64,000 bases of DNA. Source: a virus. Taxonomy: Duplodnaviria; Caudoviricetes. The stretch covers positions 6,111 through 70,110 of the IMG/VR virus record IMGVR_UViG_642918884_000001. One strand, given 5' to 3'. Of this stretch, positions 19,529-29,957 are shown in pieces (within the stretch, counting starts at the first letter, position 1; each line of letters starts with the position of its first letter). The translations under genes were made by a program, and so were the position numbers. Below the pieces are notes generated by a model. The model searched no databases, had not been told where the DNA came from, and worked only from the letters and a program-made list of their open reading frames with translations.

Positions 19529-21153
19529 TCACAGATAAGCTGCGGTTCACCGTAATTGAGATGAACACCAACGAGATCCTTTCGAGGGATCTCGTTGTGA
19601 AAGAACCTCAAGTTATGGGGCAAATGTCCGCGCCGTCCATGATCAACTTCCGCGTCCCGCGCGGTGAGCAGTATGGCAGCTCTTACGCGATCAACTGGAA
19701 ATCGTGGGGGCAATGGGTTATCGCCGAACTCGAAATTGACTACGTGCGACAGATTGTCGCGTGCGCGATTACTCGCGACTGCAAGATCGATCCGGAAAAC
19801 GGAGACATGATCGTGGAGTGCGTCGGGTTCAGTGATTACCCGAAAGGCATTCCGTGGCTTGAGAACTGGAACGACATTGCCGTCGATCCGTTCGAAATCG
19901 TTCAGCGAATCTGGAATCACTTGCAATCGTTTCCGAACGCCAATCTCGGGATTGACGTGTATCCCGCCAGCAGCGGGACGCAGATGCTCCCCGGCTACGG
20001 TTACGACGGTTCGATTCTGGTGTTCGATTTCTTCGCATTGTTCGTTCGCGCAATCGATTTCCCCGATTCCGGCGATTACATCACCGGCCTGTCCCGTGAC
20101 ATTCCCTTTGACTATTTCGAAGAGGCCACGTGGAACGAGGACCGTACCGAAGTCATTAAGAAGATTCGGCTGGCGTACCCCTCCGGTGGGGTCCAGCAGG
20201 TTAACATGGCGTTCAAGTTGGGCGACAACGTAATTCAGGCCGAACTTGCAGAAGAAAAAGACATCGAATGGGTCTCCGACGTAAACATTCGCGGCTGGTT
20301 CCCCGGCAAGGTCTACTCGTCTCGACTGTCTAACGCTGATATGACGCGTGCGCGTCGGACGATTCTCGAAGAGGACGCGAGAATTGATTCCACCGAGCGC
20401 GCGGCAGCATGGGCGAAGCGAAAACTGACCCGGCGCAACGTGCCGAAGTATTGGCAGACGATCTTGGTCGATCCGAACCACTCGCACGCGCCGTTCGGGC
20501 ACTACAATCTCGGCGATTCCCTTTACGTCGAAGGTGAATACCCGTGGCTTGGCGAAATCGCCTTGTGGCACAGATATCTCGGCTGGGCCTACGATGAGGA
20601 AAAGGGCCTCATGCAGCTCAAGCTCAAAGCCGAAGGCGCGTTCAACTACGATCCAATCGAATACAACGAAAACCCCGGTGAGATCGAAGATCACAATCTA
20701 CTTTCCAACGGCTATTTCGACGCCAACCTGGCGGGTTGGACCGCCAAGCGCGGGACGTGGTTGCGATTTGCTTCGATGGGCTACGAAACCGAGGGTTGCG
20801 TTCGTGTTGATTGCGACGACTCGGGAGAATTGCTTGAGTCTCACAAGATTTCAGTCACGCCGGGAGACACTTTCAATTTCTTCGCAGCCATGCGACACGA
20901 GAACATCACGATTTCTGGTGCGGGAGACGGATATTCGCTTCGGATTTTCCACTACTTCGACGGCGGTTTGGTCGGATACCATGATGCGGACACGATTGCA
21001 GCGGTTGCAGGCGATCACACGTGGATTCCGATGCAGCAAAACGGGTGGGTCGTTCCCGCAGGGGTGAACGATATCTCGGTAGGGTTGAACGTGAACGCGA
21101 TTATCACGGGCGGATACACGCTGTGGGACGATGCTAAGGTGCTGAAAGTCTAA
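19525..21153 (+). CDS. Minor tail protein (hub-like) with a C-terminal carbohydrate-binding-like domain
   Basis: Position; NLLSNGYFDANLAGW...WDDAKV resembles a CBM4/9-type fold. Confidence 0.8.
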   Translation: MITDKLRFTVIEMNTNEILSRDLVVKEPQVMGQMSAPSMINFRVPRGEQYGSSYAINWKSWGQWVIAELEIDYVRQIVACAITRDCKIDPENGDMIVECVGFSDYPKGIPWLENWNDIAVDPFEIVQRIWNHLQSFPNANLGIDVYPASSGTQMLPGYGYDGSILVFDFFALFVRAIDFPDSGDYITGLSRDIPFDYFEEATWNEDRTEVIKKIRLAYPSGGVQQVNMAFKLGDNVIQAELAEEKDIEWVSDVNIRGWFPGKVYSSRLSNADMTRARRTILEEDARIDSTERAAAWAKRKLTRRNVPKYWQTILVDPNHSHAPFGHYNLGDSLYVEGEYPWLGEIALWHRYLGWAYDEEKGLMQLKLKAEGAFNYDPIEYNENPGEIEDHNLLSNGYFDANLAGWTAKRGTWLRFASMGYETEGCVRVDCDDSGELLESHKISVTPGDTFNFFAAMRHENITISGAGDGYSLRIFHYFDGGLVGYHDADTIAAVAGDHTWIPMQQNGWVVPAGVNDISVGLNVNAIITGGYTLWDDAKVLKV

Positions 21154-22907
21154 TGGCGCAAAGTGGGTACGGGTCATACCAATACGAGTCGCCGGAATCG
21201 CGCGCACTCGGTTCGATCACGTCTGAGAGCTACGATAAAGATCAGGCGAAAAACCTGATCAAGCTCAACAACGACGTGGCGTATATGGCCGCGTACATGC
21301 GCAAGATGCAAAAGGGCATCGACGAAGCGAATCAGAATGTCATTCAACAGATTCAGAGCTTCATTAACGATGTTGTCGTTTTGCTCGGCGGTGGCACTGC
21401 GCAGGGATTCGACTTCGGAGATCTCAAGTATATCTTGCAGATGATCGGCGCTCTGCTTGGACTGGGAGAAGCCGATTTCCCGTTGAGTGCATTCGAGGCC
21501 GCATGGCATATGCTCTCAACTTACATCTTCCCGACGACACAGTTCGAAGATGTAATCAACGCGATGATCGATGCGTTCATTGCTGGCGTTTTGGATCTGT
21601 TCGGCGAAGTTCCGATTGTCGGACAAGCGCTACAGCAGCTCGCCGAAATCATCTTGACGATAAGGGATTTCCTCAACACTCTCGGGGGAAATTTCCAGGG
21701 CTTGCTCGATATTCTCGGGAACTTCTCTGGTGCCGGTATCGGGGATGCAATCGAAGGCATTTTCAGCCAAATCGGTGCGCAGATCGATATCGATTTCACG
21801 AGTCCTGTTGCGTTTATCAGCAGCATTATCGATGCGTTGTTTGGCGATGGATCGTTTATCGATCAGGTCATCACCGGATTGTTCGGTGAAGCCAACTTCA
21901 TGACCGATATCATTACCAATATCAACAGCGGACCGAATATTCTCGGATCTGCCGTGCAGTCGGCAATCGACGGTATCGACAATATCGATGATGCGATTCA
22001 ACAGGTCATTGATTCTGCTATCGCTGGCGCGGGCAATCTGATCGGGTCTGGATTCGGACTCGGGGATCTGATCGCACAGCTCACCGGTCTGCGAAATGCT
22101 GCCGCTGGCGCGAACGCAGCCGTTGTTGATCTGCAAGCACAGGTCGCAAATCTCGATCCGGCAGCATCGTCGGAAGTTGTGAATTTCGCCGAATTTGCAA
22201 ACGCTGCCGCTCCCCCGTCCATGTTTACCAAAGTCAACGACACCGGAACTGGTGGTTTGATCATTGACGCTGGTGAACTGAAATGGAGCGGAACGGCAGT
22301 CGGAAGAGAGTTCTACCTTTTCAACGGCGGTCCGCTTTTGACCGATCTGTTTGAAACGACATTCGTTCTGCCGCAGGTTCCTTCGCACGGATGGTTCGGG
22401 GCTGACAGCACAAACTATCTGTACTTGATCGGTCGATCCGATTCAACCGGAACAAATATGGTTTTGGCCCGACTGGCGTGGGATGAAATTCGAGTTTATT
22501 CGTACAACTCGGGAACGTTTACTCAGATCGGACCGACGATCAGCGACGCGGATATTCTTACCGGTGGCTGCAAGGTTTCGTTCAAAGGTGGAACTGTTGC
22601 CGACCCACGGTATTTCAAAGTTTCGGTCAACGGAACTAAGATCTATGAAGGCAGCGATACAGTTCCAGTTTCACTTCTCGGATCGGATAAACGCTTCTGC
22701 GGATTCGGTGTCGAAAAGGGTTCGTCCTACGTCACTGGTACAATTTCAACTTGGTCGATGCTTGACGGTGGCGCTTCGACCGGATCTGGTGTCGTTGCCG
22801 GTTACACCGCTTCCGGTTTGACCAACCTGAATCTCTGGAAAGGAACGGCAGCACAGTACGCGGCGATCACGACAAAGAATCCGAACACGATTTATGTGGT
22901 GAACTAA
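21153..22907 (+). CDS. Minor tail protein
   Basis: Helical N-half and beta-rich C-half; C-terminal WKGTAAQYAAITTKNPNTIYVV tail-fibre motif. Confidence 0.8.
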   Translation: MAQSGYGSYQYESPESRALGSITSESYDKDQAKNLIKLNNDVAYMAAYMRKMQKGIDEANQNVIQQIQSFINDVVVLLGGGTAQGFDFGDLKYILQMIGALLGLGEADFPLSAFEAAWHMLSTYIFPTTQFEDVINAMIDAFIAGVLDLFGEVPIVGQALQQLAEIILTIRDFLNTLGGNFQGLLDILGNFSGAGIGDAIEGIFSQIGAQIDIDFTSPVAFISSIIDALFGDGSFIDQVITGLFGEANFMTDIITNINSGPNILGSAVQSAIDGIDNIDDAIQQVIDSAIAGAGNLIGSGFGLGDLIAQLTGLRNAAAGANAAVVDLQAQVANLDPAASSEVVNFAEFANAAAPPSMFTKVNDTGTGGLIIDAGELKWSGTAVGREFYLFNGGPLLTDLFETTFVLPQVPSHGWFGADSTNYLYLIGRSDSTGTNMVLARLAWDEIRVYSYNSGTFTQIGPTISDADILTGGCKVSFKGGTVADPRYFKVSVNGTKIYEGSDTVPVSLLGSDKRFCGFGVEKGSSYVTGTISTWSMLDGGASTGSGVVAGYTASGLTNLNLWKGTAAQYAAITTKNPNTIYVVN

Positions 22908-24248
22908 ATGCCGGTGTATATCGGGGATACAGAAATCACCGCAGCCTACAACGGTGCGTCTGCCGCTTCTGCCATTTATCTGGGAAGCGATAAAGTCTGG
23001 CCGGTAATCACTTTCCCGTACACGGTGATCAACGCGGACGTTACGGGTGCGGCCATTCCTCCCGGCGCAACGGGCGCGTGGATTCACCTGTGGGGCAAAG
23101 GCGCAAACGGCGGCAGCGGTGGATATGACTCCACAACGCAATCGTCTGGTCACGGTCCCGGTGGTAACGGCGGCGGTGGTGGCGCTCACGTCAAATCGAT
23201 TTTCGTCTACGTCGAAGATATGGGATCAACGTGGGATCTCATTTTCTCCCCGACGATAAGCCGATTCGTTTCTGGCTCTGTTGATTTGAGAGCTGGCGCA
23301 GCATCCGGCACAAGCGGGGGAACGGCATTCGCAGCCGGTTTGACAGCAGAGTACTACAACGTTGAAGCGATCAACGGTGCAGCTCGTGGCGCTAGCTCAA
23401 ATGGCGCAGGCGCAGGCGGCGCAAACGGTGGCGATGCCGACTGGACCGGCGACAACGCACCGAACACAAGCCCACCAGGAACACGCGGTACCGGAACAAA
23501 CGGCGGCACCAACGGCGGAACGGGCGGAACCGCATACGGTGCTGGAAACTCACTTCACACCGCAGCAGGCGGCGGCGGTGGTGGTGGTGGTGGCTACACC
23601 GCAGGGCAAAACGGGTCACCGGGAACTTCTAGCTCGGGCGGTTCCGGTGGTTCCGGTGGAATTGCCCGCGCCGAAGTTCAGTGGGTAAATACGTTTGTTC
23701 CGAAAAAGAAAGCGTACCCGGTTATCACAACTGCCGGTGCGTGGTCGTGGACGTGTCCTATGTGGATGCGAAATGGCGATAAGGTCGATATCGCCATTTG
23801 CGGCGCTGGTAAAGGGGGCAACAAAGGAACATCGACCTCTGCCGGTGCCGGTGGTCGTGCCGGTGCATATCAGGGGATTACGCTAACTGTCGGAGTTCAC
23901 GTTAACCCCGGTGGCACAATTTCCGGTGTTATCGGAACGGGTGGCGCAGCGAACGGTGGCAACGGCGGAAATACGACATGCGTTTACACCGGAGGAACGC
24001 TTACGGCACTTGGTGCAACGACAGTTCTTGGTTCGGTTGCAACAAACGGTGAAACGTGCCCTGATTTTGTTTTCAACGGACGAACATATCCCGGTGGCGC
24101 TGGTGGTTCGTACAATGCACTGGCAGCCGGTAGTCCCGGCTCGGCTCCCGGTGGTGGTGGTGGTCCCGGTGGATCTGTTTTCTTTGTTGGTCAAAACGGC
24201 GCTGCCGGTGGTAATGGTGGCGTGAACATTTATGCATATCAAGTTTAG
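22908..24248 (+). CDS. Glycine-rich minor tail protein
   Basis: VYIGDTEITAAYNG...IYLGSDKVWP start; two Gly-rich domains. Confidence 0.85.
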   Translation: MPVYIGDTEITAAYNGASAASAIYLGSDKVWPVITFPYTVINADVTGAAIPPGATGAWIHLWGKGANGGSGGYDSTTQSSGHGPGGNGGGGGAHVKSIFVYVEDMGSTWDLIFSPTISRFVSGSVDLRAGAASGTSGGTAFAAGLTAEYYNVEAINGAARGASSNGAGAGGANGGDADWTGDNAPNTSPPGTRGTGTNGGTNGGTGGTAYGAGNSLHTAAGGGGGGGGGYTAGQNGSPGTSSSGGSGGSGGIARAEVQWVNTFVPKKKAYPVITTAGAWSWTCPMWMRNGDKVDIAICGAGKGGNKGTSTSAGAGGRAGAYQGITLTVGVHVNPGGTISGVIGTGGAANGGNGGNTTCVYTGGTLTALGATTVLGSVATNGETCPDFVFNGRTYPGGAGGSYNALAAGSPGSAPGGGGGPGGSVFFVGQNGAAGGNGGVNIYAYQV

Positions 24249-24256
24249 GAGAAGAA

Positions 24257-24409
24257 ATGGACGCATACCAGCATTTCGACGCGGCAAACGCCGCTTGGGC
24301 GAATGTAGATCAAGAGCAGCAATTTCCAGAAACGTTGACGACGGCGCATTGCCTTTTGGCGATTGCAGGATTTTTGAAAATCCTCGCGGATAACGCGACC
24401 ACGCCGTAG
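24257..24409 (+). CDS. Small hypothetical protein (50 aa)
   Basis: AGGAGA RBS; hand-translated MDAYQHFDAANAAWANVDQEQQFPETLTTAHCLLAIAGFLKILADNATTP. Confidence 0.6.
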   Translation: MDAYQHFDAANAAWANVDQEQQFPETLTTAHCLLAIAGFLKILADNATTP

Positions 24410-24520
24410 TACAAAGCTAGCCACAAATTCACAGGTTCGAGACCCGCGTCGCTGGCGGGTCTCCCTGGTATGCCTGAGTTACACTAGGCCAGTACCTACC
24501 GGGCTAGCAGGGAGAATCTT

Positions 24521-25477
24521 GTGGCTTTCATCCAGAAACAGGGCTACTGGAAGTCCGAGAACGGCTGGCGTATGTGTGATGCGGCAGAGCTGGATTACAC
24601 AGCCGTTCCCGGCACGAATTTCAAACTCGGCGTTCGCAAAGGTTCGCCAAACGTCATTCTGAAATCGTTGATCTGGCGACTCAATCGGATCGAACCGATG
24701 ATCGTGACTCAGATCGGTTGCTACACCGATTCGAATTCCATGAAGAACTCGAATCACAACTCTGCGACCGCAATCGACTACAACTGGAACAAGCACCAAT
24801 ACCAGCAATGGGGAACGTGGGGCAACTTGCGTTCTGCCGTCGATCAAGTCGTCGCAGATTTCCGAGGCATCATCGAATTCGGTGGAAACTGGACTTCGCC
24901 GCGCGACGAAATGCATTTCGAATTGCATTTCGCCGAGGGACACCAGGGCACCGAAGACCTGGCGAATGAACTGCGCGCCGGTCTCTGGGGCATCTGGGCA
25001 CCGGGCGGCGCTCCGACCGACCCGCCAGCCAATACCCCCGATGGATATTTGCAGATCGGCTCGACCGGCGATCAGGTGCTTTATCTGCAACAGAAGATGA
25101 ACAAGGTTTTCGGAAACTACAAGGCAATGCCGTTGGACGAAGATGGGATCTTCGGCCCGATGACCGCCAATGCAGTTTCCGAATTCCAGTCTCGGTCGCT
25201 GATCAGCGTGGACGGAATCGTCGGTCCGGAGACAAAGAAGCGTCTCGCCGAATACGGAATCGTGCTCGCAGGCGAAACCGCTCCCACCACGCCTCCCCCG
25301 GTTGTTCCGCAGTTCGTCTATCCGACGCACGAAGACATGGTTAAGCAACTGTGGGAGCAGGCATTCGGTCCGCAGGCAAAGGGCTGGCCGGATCTTCTCG
25401 GAAAGGTCGCTGACGGAAGTCGCGGCAAGTACACGGTTGAGGCAATCGCCGATATCCGCAACGTCGCACTACAGTAA
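24521..25477 (+). CDS. Lysin A (M15-family peptidase plus peptidoglycan-binding domain)
   Basis: SNHNSATAIDYNW...DEMHFEL Zn-peptidase motifs; LQIGSTGDQV...DGIFGPMT...DGIVGPET PG-binding repeat. Confidence 0.9.
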   Translation: MAFIQKQGYWKSENGWRMCDAAELDYTAVPGTNFKLGVRKGSPNVILKSLIWRLNRIEPMIVTQIGCYTDSNSMKNSNHNSATAIDYNWNKHQYQQWGTWGNLRSAVDQVVADFRGIIEFGGNWTSPRDEMHFELHFAEGHQGTEDLANELRAGLWGIWAPGGAPTDPPANTPDGYLQIGSTGDQVLYLQQKMNKVFGNYKAMPLDEDGIFGPMTANAVSEFQSRSLISVDGIVGPETKKRLAEYGIVLAGETAPTTPPPVVPQFVYPTHEDMVKQLWEQAFGPQAKGWPDLLGKVADGSRGKYTVEAIADIRNVALQ

Positions 25478-25488
25478 GGAAAATCGAA

Positions 25489-25926
25489 ATGGGCGTTCTC
25501 TTGCAATTCCCCAAGCCGAATCCCGTGACCGATACCGTTCCGGTTCCCGGTCTCGCACTGACCAATTCGACCAAGCCGGATATCCGGCAGTTCGTCCACG
25601 GTCTGATCATGGTGTGGGTGCCGGTTCTGGCCGTTCTCGGAGTCGCGTCCGAAGACACGATTCTGTATTGGGTCGGTCTCGGTCTCGGCGTGTTCGACGC
25701 TTTGGTGCTCGCTTTCCCGAATACCGCTGACAAGCTGCGCGCGGTAACCTACGCAGTAGGCGCGCTGGCGCAGGCCGCATTGATCGCATTCGGCGTTTTG
25801 ACGGAAACTCAGGTGGCAGTTCTCATTGGTGCTGGCGTTTCGTCCATCGTGAGCTTCATCGCATTCCGGTACACCCCGTCTTCGGTGATCGAACCGCCGA
25901 CCGTCGCGACTCCAAAAGCGGCGTAA
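25489..25926 (+). CDS. Holin
   Basis: Four hydrophobic segments; directly after lysin A. Confidence 0.75.
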   Translation: MGVLLQFPKPNPVTDTVPVPGLALTNSTKPDIRQFVHGLIMVWVPVLAVLGVASEDTILYWVGLGLGVFDALVLAFPNTADKLRAVTYAVGALAQAALIAFGVLTETQVAVLIGAGVSSIVSFIAFRYTPSSVIEPPTVATPKAA

Positions 25927-25956
25927 TCGGTTCATTGGGCGGGCAAAAGGAAATCT

Positions 25957-26436
25957 ATGACTTGGCGTATGGTGTCTAAGCGATCGATCAGAAACATTCA
26001 ATTTGGTCTGCTTGTCGTTTCGACCATATGGGGTCTGGATTACCTTTTGCCTCCCAATGAGGATGGTAAAGTTCTCAATTTCATCGAGAAACATGCGTTT
26101 CTTCCGTTGCCCGCTTGGGGCGGAATCATGGTCTTCGCTGGCGTTCTGGGAATCGTCTGCGAATTTTTCTTGGCTCGAAGCGAAAAGAAATATTGGCGAT
26201 TGTGGGTAGGCTCTTGGTTCGCACATGTACTGTTCGCTAGCATTTATTTCATGCTGGCGTACGGATCTTTCATTTCAGCACCACTTGCGACGGAAGGTTG
26301 GGCAGGCTTTCGTACACCGGTCGCTTGGGCATTCATTGCTCTTTTGCACACCGCGTACGCACGTCGGCTCGACAAGCCAGTAGACGTTTCGAACGTCGAG
26401 TTTCCCCCGAAGGCCGACGATGTTCAGCGATCTTGA
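25957..26436 (+). CDS. Multi-pass membrane protein (lysis cassette)
   Basis: About 4 TM segments. Confidence 0.75.
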   Translation: MTWRMVSKRSIRNIQFGLLVVSTIWGLDYLLPPNEDGKVLNFIEKHAFLPLPAWGGIMVFAGVLGIVCEFFLARSEKKYWRLWVGSWFAHVLFASIYFMLAYGSFISAPLATEGWAGFRTPVAWAFIALLHTAYARRLDKPVDVSNVEFPPKADDVQRS

Positions 26437-26911
26437 GAAAATCAATGCGGTTCTGGGCGACAATATTCTCATCGTTGTTTTTGTCGTCGGGATCATTTGG
26501 TTCATCGTTACCAAGCTCGCCGAAACTAAGGATAGCGTTGCAAAAATCCTTGGTCCGATTGGCCGTCGCATTCAGGCCGCAAAAGAAAAGCGGGACGAAC
26601 TTCATCGCGAAGAGGTTCGCAAAGAAGCAAAACGAGTTCTCAAAGAAGCAGGTTCCCTGGAACCACCGGACTATCAAATCGTCAAAACGAGATTGACGAA
26701 CGTTCTCGAAGAGGTTGAGGCGCAGTCCACAACGATTCGGGAAATGCAGTTGGAGAATCGCGGTCTAAGGGCCTACATTCTCAAAGATGACGATTGGCAT
26801 TGGGACGACGAACGCACTGCCATTCGAGAAAATCGGACTGTTCGTCCACGAGAAACTTTTGACGACTTCATGGAAGAATTCATGAGTCGAAACTCCAAAG
26901 CAGAGCGGTGA
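26420..26911 (+). CDS. Membrane-anchored coiled-coil protein (lysis cassette)
   Basis: N-terminal TM followed by a charged coiled coil. Confidence 0.75.
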   Translation: MFSDLEKINAVLGDNILIVVFVVGIIWFIVTKLAETKDSVAKILGPIGRRIQAAKEKRDELHREEVRKEAKRVLKEAGSLEPPDYQIVKTRLTNVLEEVEAQSTTIREMQLENRGLRAYILKDDDWHWDDERTAIRENRTVRPRETFDDFMEEFMSRNSKAER

Positions 26912-28152
26912 GTGAAATGGGACTTCCGTACAAAAAGGGATCGAACGGACCGGAAATCAAGGTTTGGCAGGATTGGGCTTACCGATACGCCAAATCTTAT
27001 GCCGATCTCATTGGGCCGAAAGATGCGTACTTTGGCAACGGTGAGGAACTGTTCGTCAAGACAATGCAGGGCAAGCTTGGCGTTGCCCAAACCGGTATCT
27101 TCGGCGCGCTTGAGGCAGGGCTGACCGGATTCAAAGCCGGTTCGGTCGTCATTTCGCCGCCAGTGATCGAACGTCGCAAGATCTGGTTCTACTCGAATCC
27201 CGGCTCTGGCGCAAACGAGTTTGTCGGTCCATCGTTCGAAGTCGGCGAATTCTGCAAAAACGTTCTCAAGATCAACCACCAGCCGGTTCATTCCGCCATC
27301 GGCGGTTATCTCGGCGCGCTCGGCGGTGATTCCAAGTTGTCCTACAACGAGGTCATCTTCGACCAGTACAAGTCCATCGAATGGTTGCTTGACAACAACC
27401 CTGATATCAACGATCCAGATCTTGAGTTGTGGTTCTCCGGATACTCTCAGAAGGCCGATGGCCTAGAAGACGCGCTTGAGATCCTGTTCGGTGACGGGGG
27501 TTTCGTCATTCCGCAGACCGGCGAAAAAGTTGGTCCCGGCAAGTATCGTCATTTGCGCGGACGGATCAACGGCGTTATCCAGTTCGGCAACCCGTCCAAG
27601 GAAACGACAGGCATTGCCCGCAAGCAGCGTCCCGCGTGGCTGCGCTCCCTCATCCGCAACGTCACGACCAAGGGGGACTTCTATGCCGAAGCCCCCGATA
27701 ACATTCGCCCCATTTTCTACCAAGTGATCGTTGATTCGGAATCCGAATTGCCGTTCTTTGTTCGCGTGCTGCGGATCGCAGTGCCGATCCTGATTAAGTG
27801 GGCGGCAACGATTCTACCGATTTTCGTTCCGCTCGCTGCCGCTGGCGGGTTTGGCCCAATGGTTCAAATCGCGCTCTCGACTTTGAGCGGTTTGCAGGGA
27901 CTCGGCAGCAACCCGCTTTTCGGCAGCCTCATGGGGCAGGCCGGAAACGACGGCAACGCCGAAGAAGATCGCAAGATGATCGAATTGCTTTCTCCCACAG
28001 GGGTTTTGACCAATATTCCTGGTCTGATCCAGCTCATCGCCGCGCTGCCGGGATTGCAGGCGCACGGCGAATATCACCTTCCGAAGGCAGAGTTCAACGG
28101 TCGCACCGGAATTCAGGTCGGCTGTGATATCGTGGCAGCATTCCGGCGATAG
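26908..28152 (+). CDS. Lysin B (cutinase-like esterase)
   Basis: N-terminal PG-binding-like domain; SGYSQ nucleophile elbow, QFGNP, GDFYA and late HGEY motifs. Confidence 0.85.
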   Translation: MSEMGLPYKKGSNGPEIKVWQDWAYRYAKSYADLIGPKDAYFGNGEELFVKTMQGKLGVAQTGIFGALEAGLTGFKAGSVVISPPVIERRKIWFYSNPGSGANEFVGPSFEVGEFCKNVLKINHQPVHSAIGGYLGALGGDSKLSYNEVIFDQYKSIEWLLDNNPDINDPDLELWFSGYSQKADGLEDALEILFGDGGFVIPQTGEKVGPGKYRHLRGRINGVIQFGNPSKETTGIARKQRPAWLRSLIRNVTTKGDFYAEAPDNIRPIFYQVIVDSESELPFFVRVLRIAVPILIKWAATILPIFVPLAAAGGFGPMVQIALSTLSGLQGLGSNPLFGSLMGQAGNDGNAEEDRKMIELLSPTGVLTNIPGLIQLIAALPGLQAHGEYHLPKAEFNGRTGIQVGCDIVAAFRR

Positions 28153-28163
28153 GACAGACGCAC

Positions 28164-28529
28164 ATGACACAGCCACGGCCATCCACCAATCTGCGAAATC
28201 CGTTGGTGGGCATGCAAGTTGACGATCTCGGCGCAACCTACATCGGCAAGCTCGAACGCCGGTTGATCATGCTCGAACTCACCAACATTCGCCTTCGCGC
28301 TCGGCTAGAAGCTGCGACCGGCGAAGCGTGGGACTCCGAGAATTTCCCCGACATGAGCGCAGATCAAATTCAGGAAGAAATCGCAGAGTCGCTTGTGCGC
28401 GGTCTCGGGATTTCCAAGATGGATGCGCTCAAGCGAGTGCGGGAAAACTACGCGACCGCAAACCCCTCCACACGCAAATCTCCGATTGAACCAATCGAAG
28501 ATATCGCGCCCGTGCCACCACAGGGCTGA
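28164..28529 (+). CDS. Hypothetical protein
   Basis: AGGA RBS; last gene of the late operon. Confidence 0.75.
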   Translation: MTQPRPSTNLRNPLVGMQVDDLGATYIGKLERRLIMLELTNIRLRARLEAATGEAWDSENFPDMSADQIQEEIAESLVRGLGISKMDALKRVRENYATANPSTRKSPIEPIEDIAPVPPQG

Positions 28530-29290
28530 TCGCGCATTATGCGTTCGCGAAAAGGTAGCGACGCGCCAGTAATCAGGGCTGCGCATAATGCGCGCTCGCG
28601 CAGGGCTGGCCGTTAAAACCTTAATGCAGTTGCGCGCGTCTTGTCGGATCTGCGCGCGGAAGAATCGCGCGCCGCGCGCGATTCCACGCGCGCGAATTGC
28701 GCACGCGTGCGCAGTGTAATCGCGCAATGCGCGATTCCACGCGCAATGCGCGCGAATCTAGGCGCGCTCCACCCCTTTCGCGCGCGTGTATGGACGCACG
28801 CGCGTAGCATGGATCGCGCGCGTTTCGCCCAGTTCCGCGCCCATCACGCGCGCGCATGTGGCTCGTTGCTACGTGCGTGCGTACATTCACGCACGCACGT
28901 AGCAACGATCACGCGCGGCTCGTCGCTTTCGCGCACGCTGCGGACGCACGCACGTAGCGACGAATCGCGCAATGCGCGAATTGCGCATGCGCGTCCAATT
29001 CCGCGCGTGCGGAATTGGACGCGCGCGTAGGTGTCGCAGGTACGCACAACACACCAGCGATACGGAATGCGCGTAATGCCTACGCGCGTGCCCAGAGTAT
29101 GCTCGCGCATATCATGCAGGCGTGCGCCCAGAGTATGCTCGCGCATTATGCGCGGCGGTGCGCGCAGAGTTCTCGCGCAGACCTGCATGTCTGCGCGCGC
29201 GATAATAACCCGCGCGCGGTAAAGCGGCAAACTCGATAAACCCGTGGTCAGAGCCGGTTTTTGGGGTTCTCGCGCGCCCGCGTCCGAGGC
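28530..29290. repeat. Non-coding low-complexity tract of alternating CG/CA/TG (GCGC, CGCG), with short direct repeats
   Basis: Dense CGCGCG/TGCGCG/ACGCGCG words; GCCCAGAGTATGCTCGCGCAT occurs twice (~29090-29110 and ~29126-29146); the ORFs here are R/A/C-biased artefacts. Confidence 0.8.
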
Positions 29291-29539
29291 CAAAAAAATT
29301 TTTTTCTCGCTTCTACCAGCACTTTTGGAAGAAATTTTCGGGATTTTGCCAAAGTTTGCTGGAAAGTGTGGTTAAACTGATGGCACAACTTCACACCGAC
29401 CAGCCAGACTCACCGGCTCCCAGGGAACGCACAACGGCCACGTGGCCAGCGGGAGGGATCGCCAGAGCGCGGAGGGTAGGCGCGAACGTTGGCACGCAAA
29501 GGCACACATGTACACGAAAGCGCAGGTCACACGTAACGC

Positions 29540-29568
29540 TTGACACGAAAGCGGGCGACGCTTAGGCT
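29540..29568 (+). promoter_or_regulatory. Strong SigA-type early promoter
   Basis: TTGACA (29540-45), 17-bp spacer, TAGGCT (29563-68); overlaps CTTAGGCTAGCCCA. Confidence 0.8.
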
Positions 29569-29860
29569 AGCCCACAGAACGACGCAACAAGTGAATCACG
29601 CTAATCACCCGTAGGGTGATTTGAGGCCAGACGACTGTCCTCGTCGGAGTGCTCACGCAACGAACAGAAACGTTGCTTGCAACGGCTCCCGCAAAAGGTC
29701 GGCATAATTCCATAGAGGTTGGTGTTAGCTCGGAGTTCCCTAGCGTGGGGAGTCGAGTCAGAGCCAGGGCATAATTCCCTACGGGAATTCTTTGTCGAAA
29801 ATTGGTCAAAAGTCCGTCCGAAGCCAAAACTTTAGGACTAGCTTTGCTAGTCGCTCGGAA

Positions 29861-29936
29861 GGACTGTGCCGCGACGGTGCGGCGTGATCGGGTATCAATC
29901 CCCGGCAGTCCACGACGACAGACAGAAGATCTGTCG
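29861..29936 (+). ncRNA. tRNA-like element E0 (divergent) plus downstream hairpin
   Basis: GGACTG/CAGTCC acceptor-like stem; TCGGG-TATCAATC-CCCGG arm; ACGA; CGACAGA/TCTGTCG hairpin. Confidence 0.6.
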
Positions 29937-29957
29937 CAAAAGGAACAGGATAAGACT

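Noticed and set aside
28613-29293. Arg/Ala/Cys-rich ORFs on both strands
   Set aside because: They are by-products of the CG-alternating tract, which lacks stop codons; no RBS and no protein-like composition
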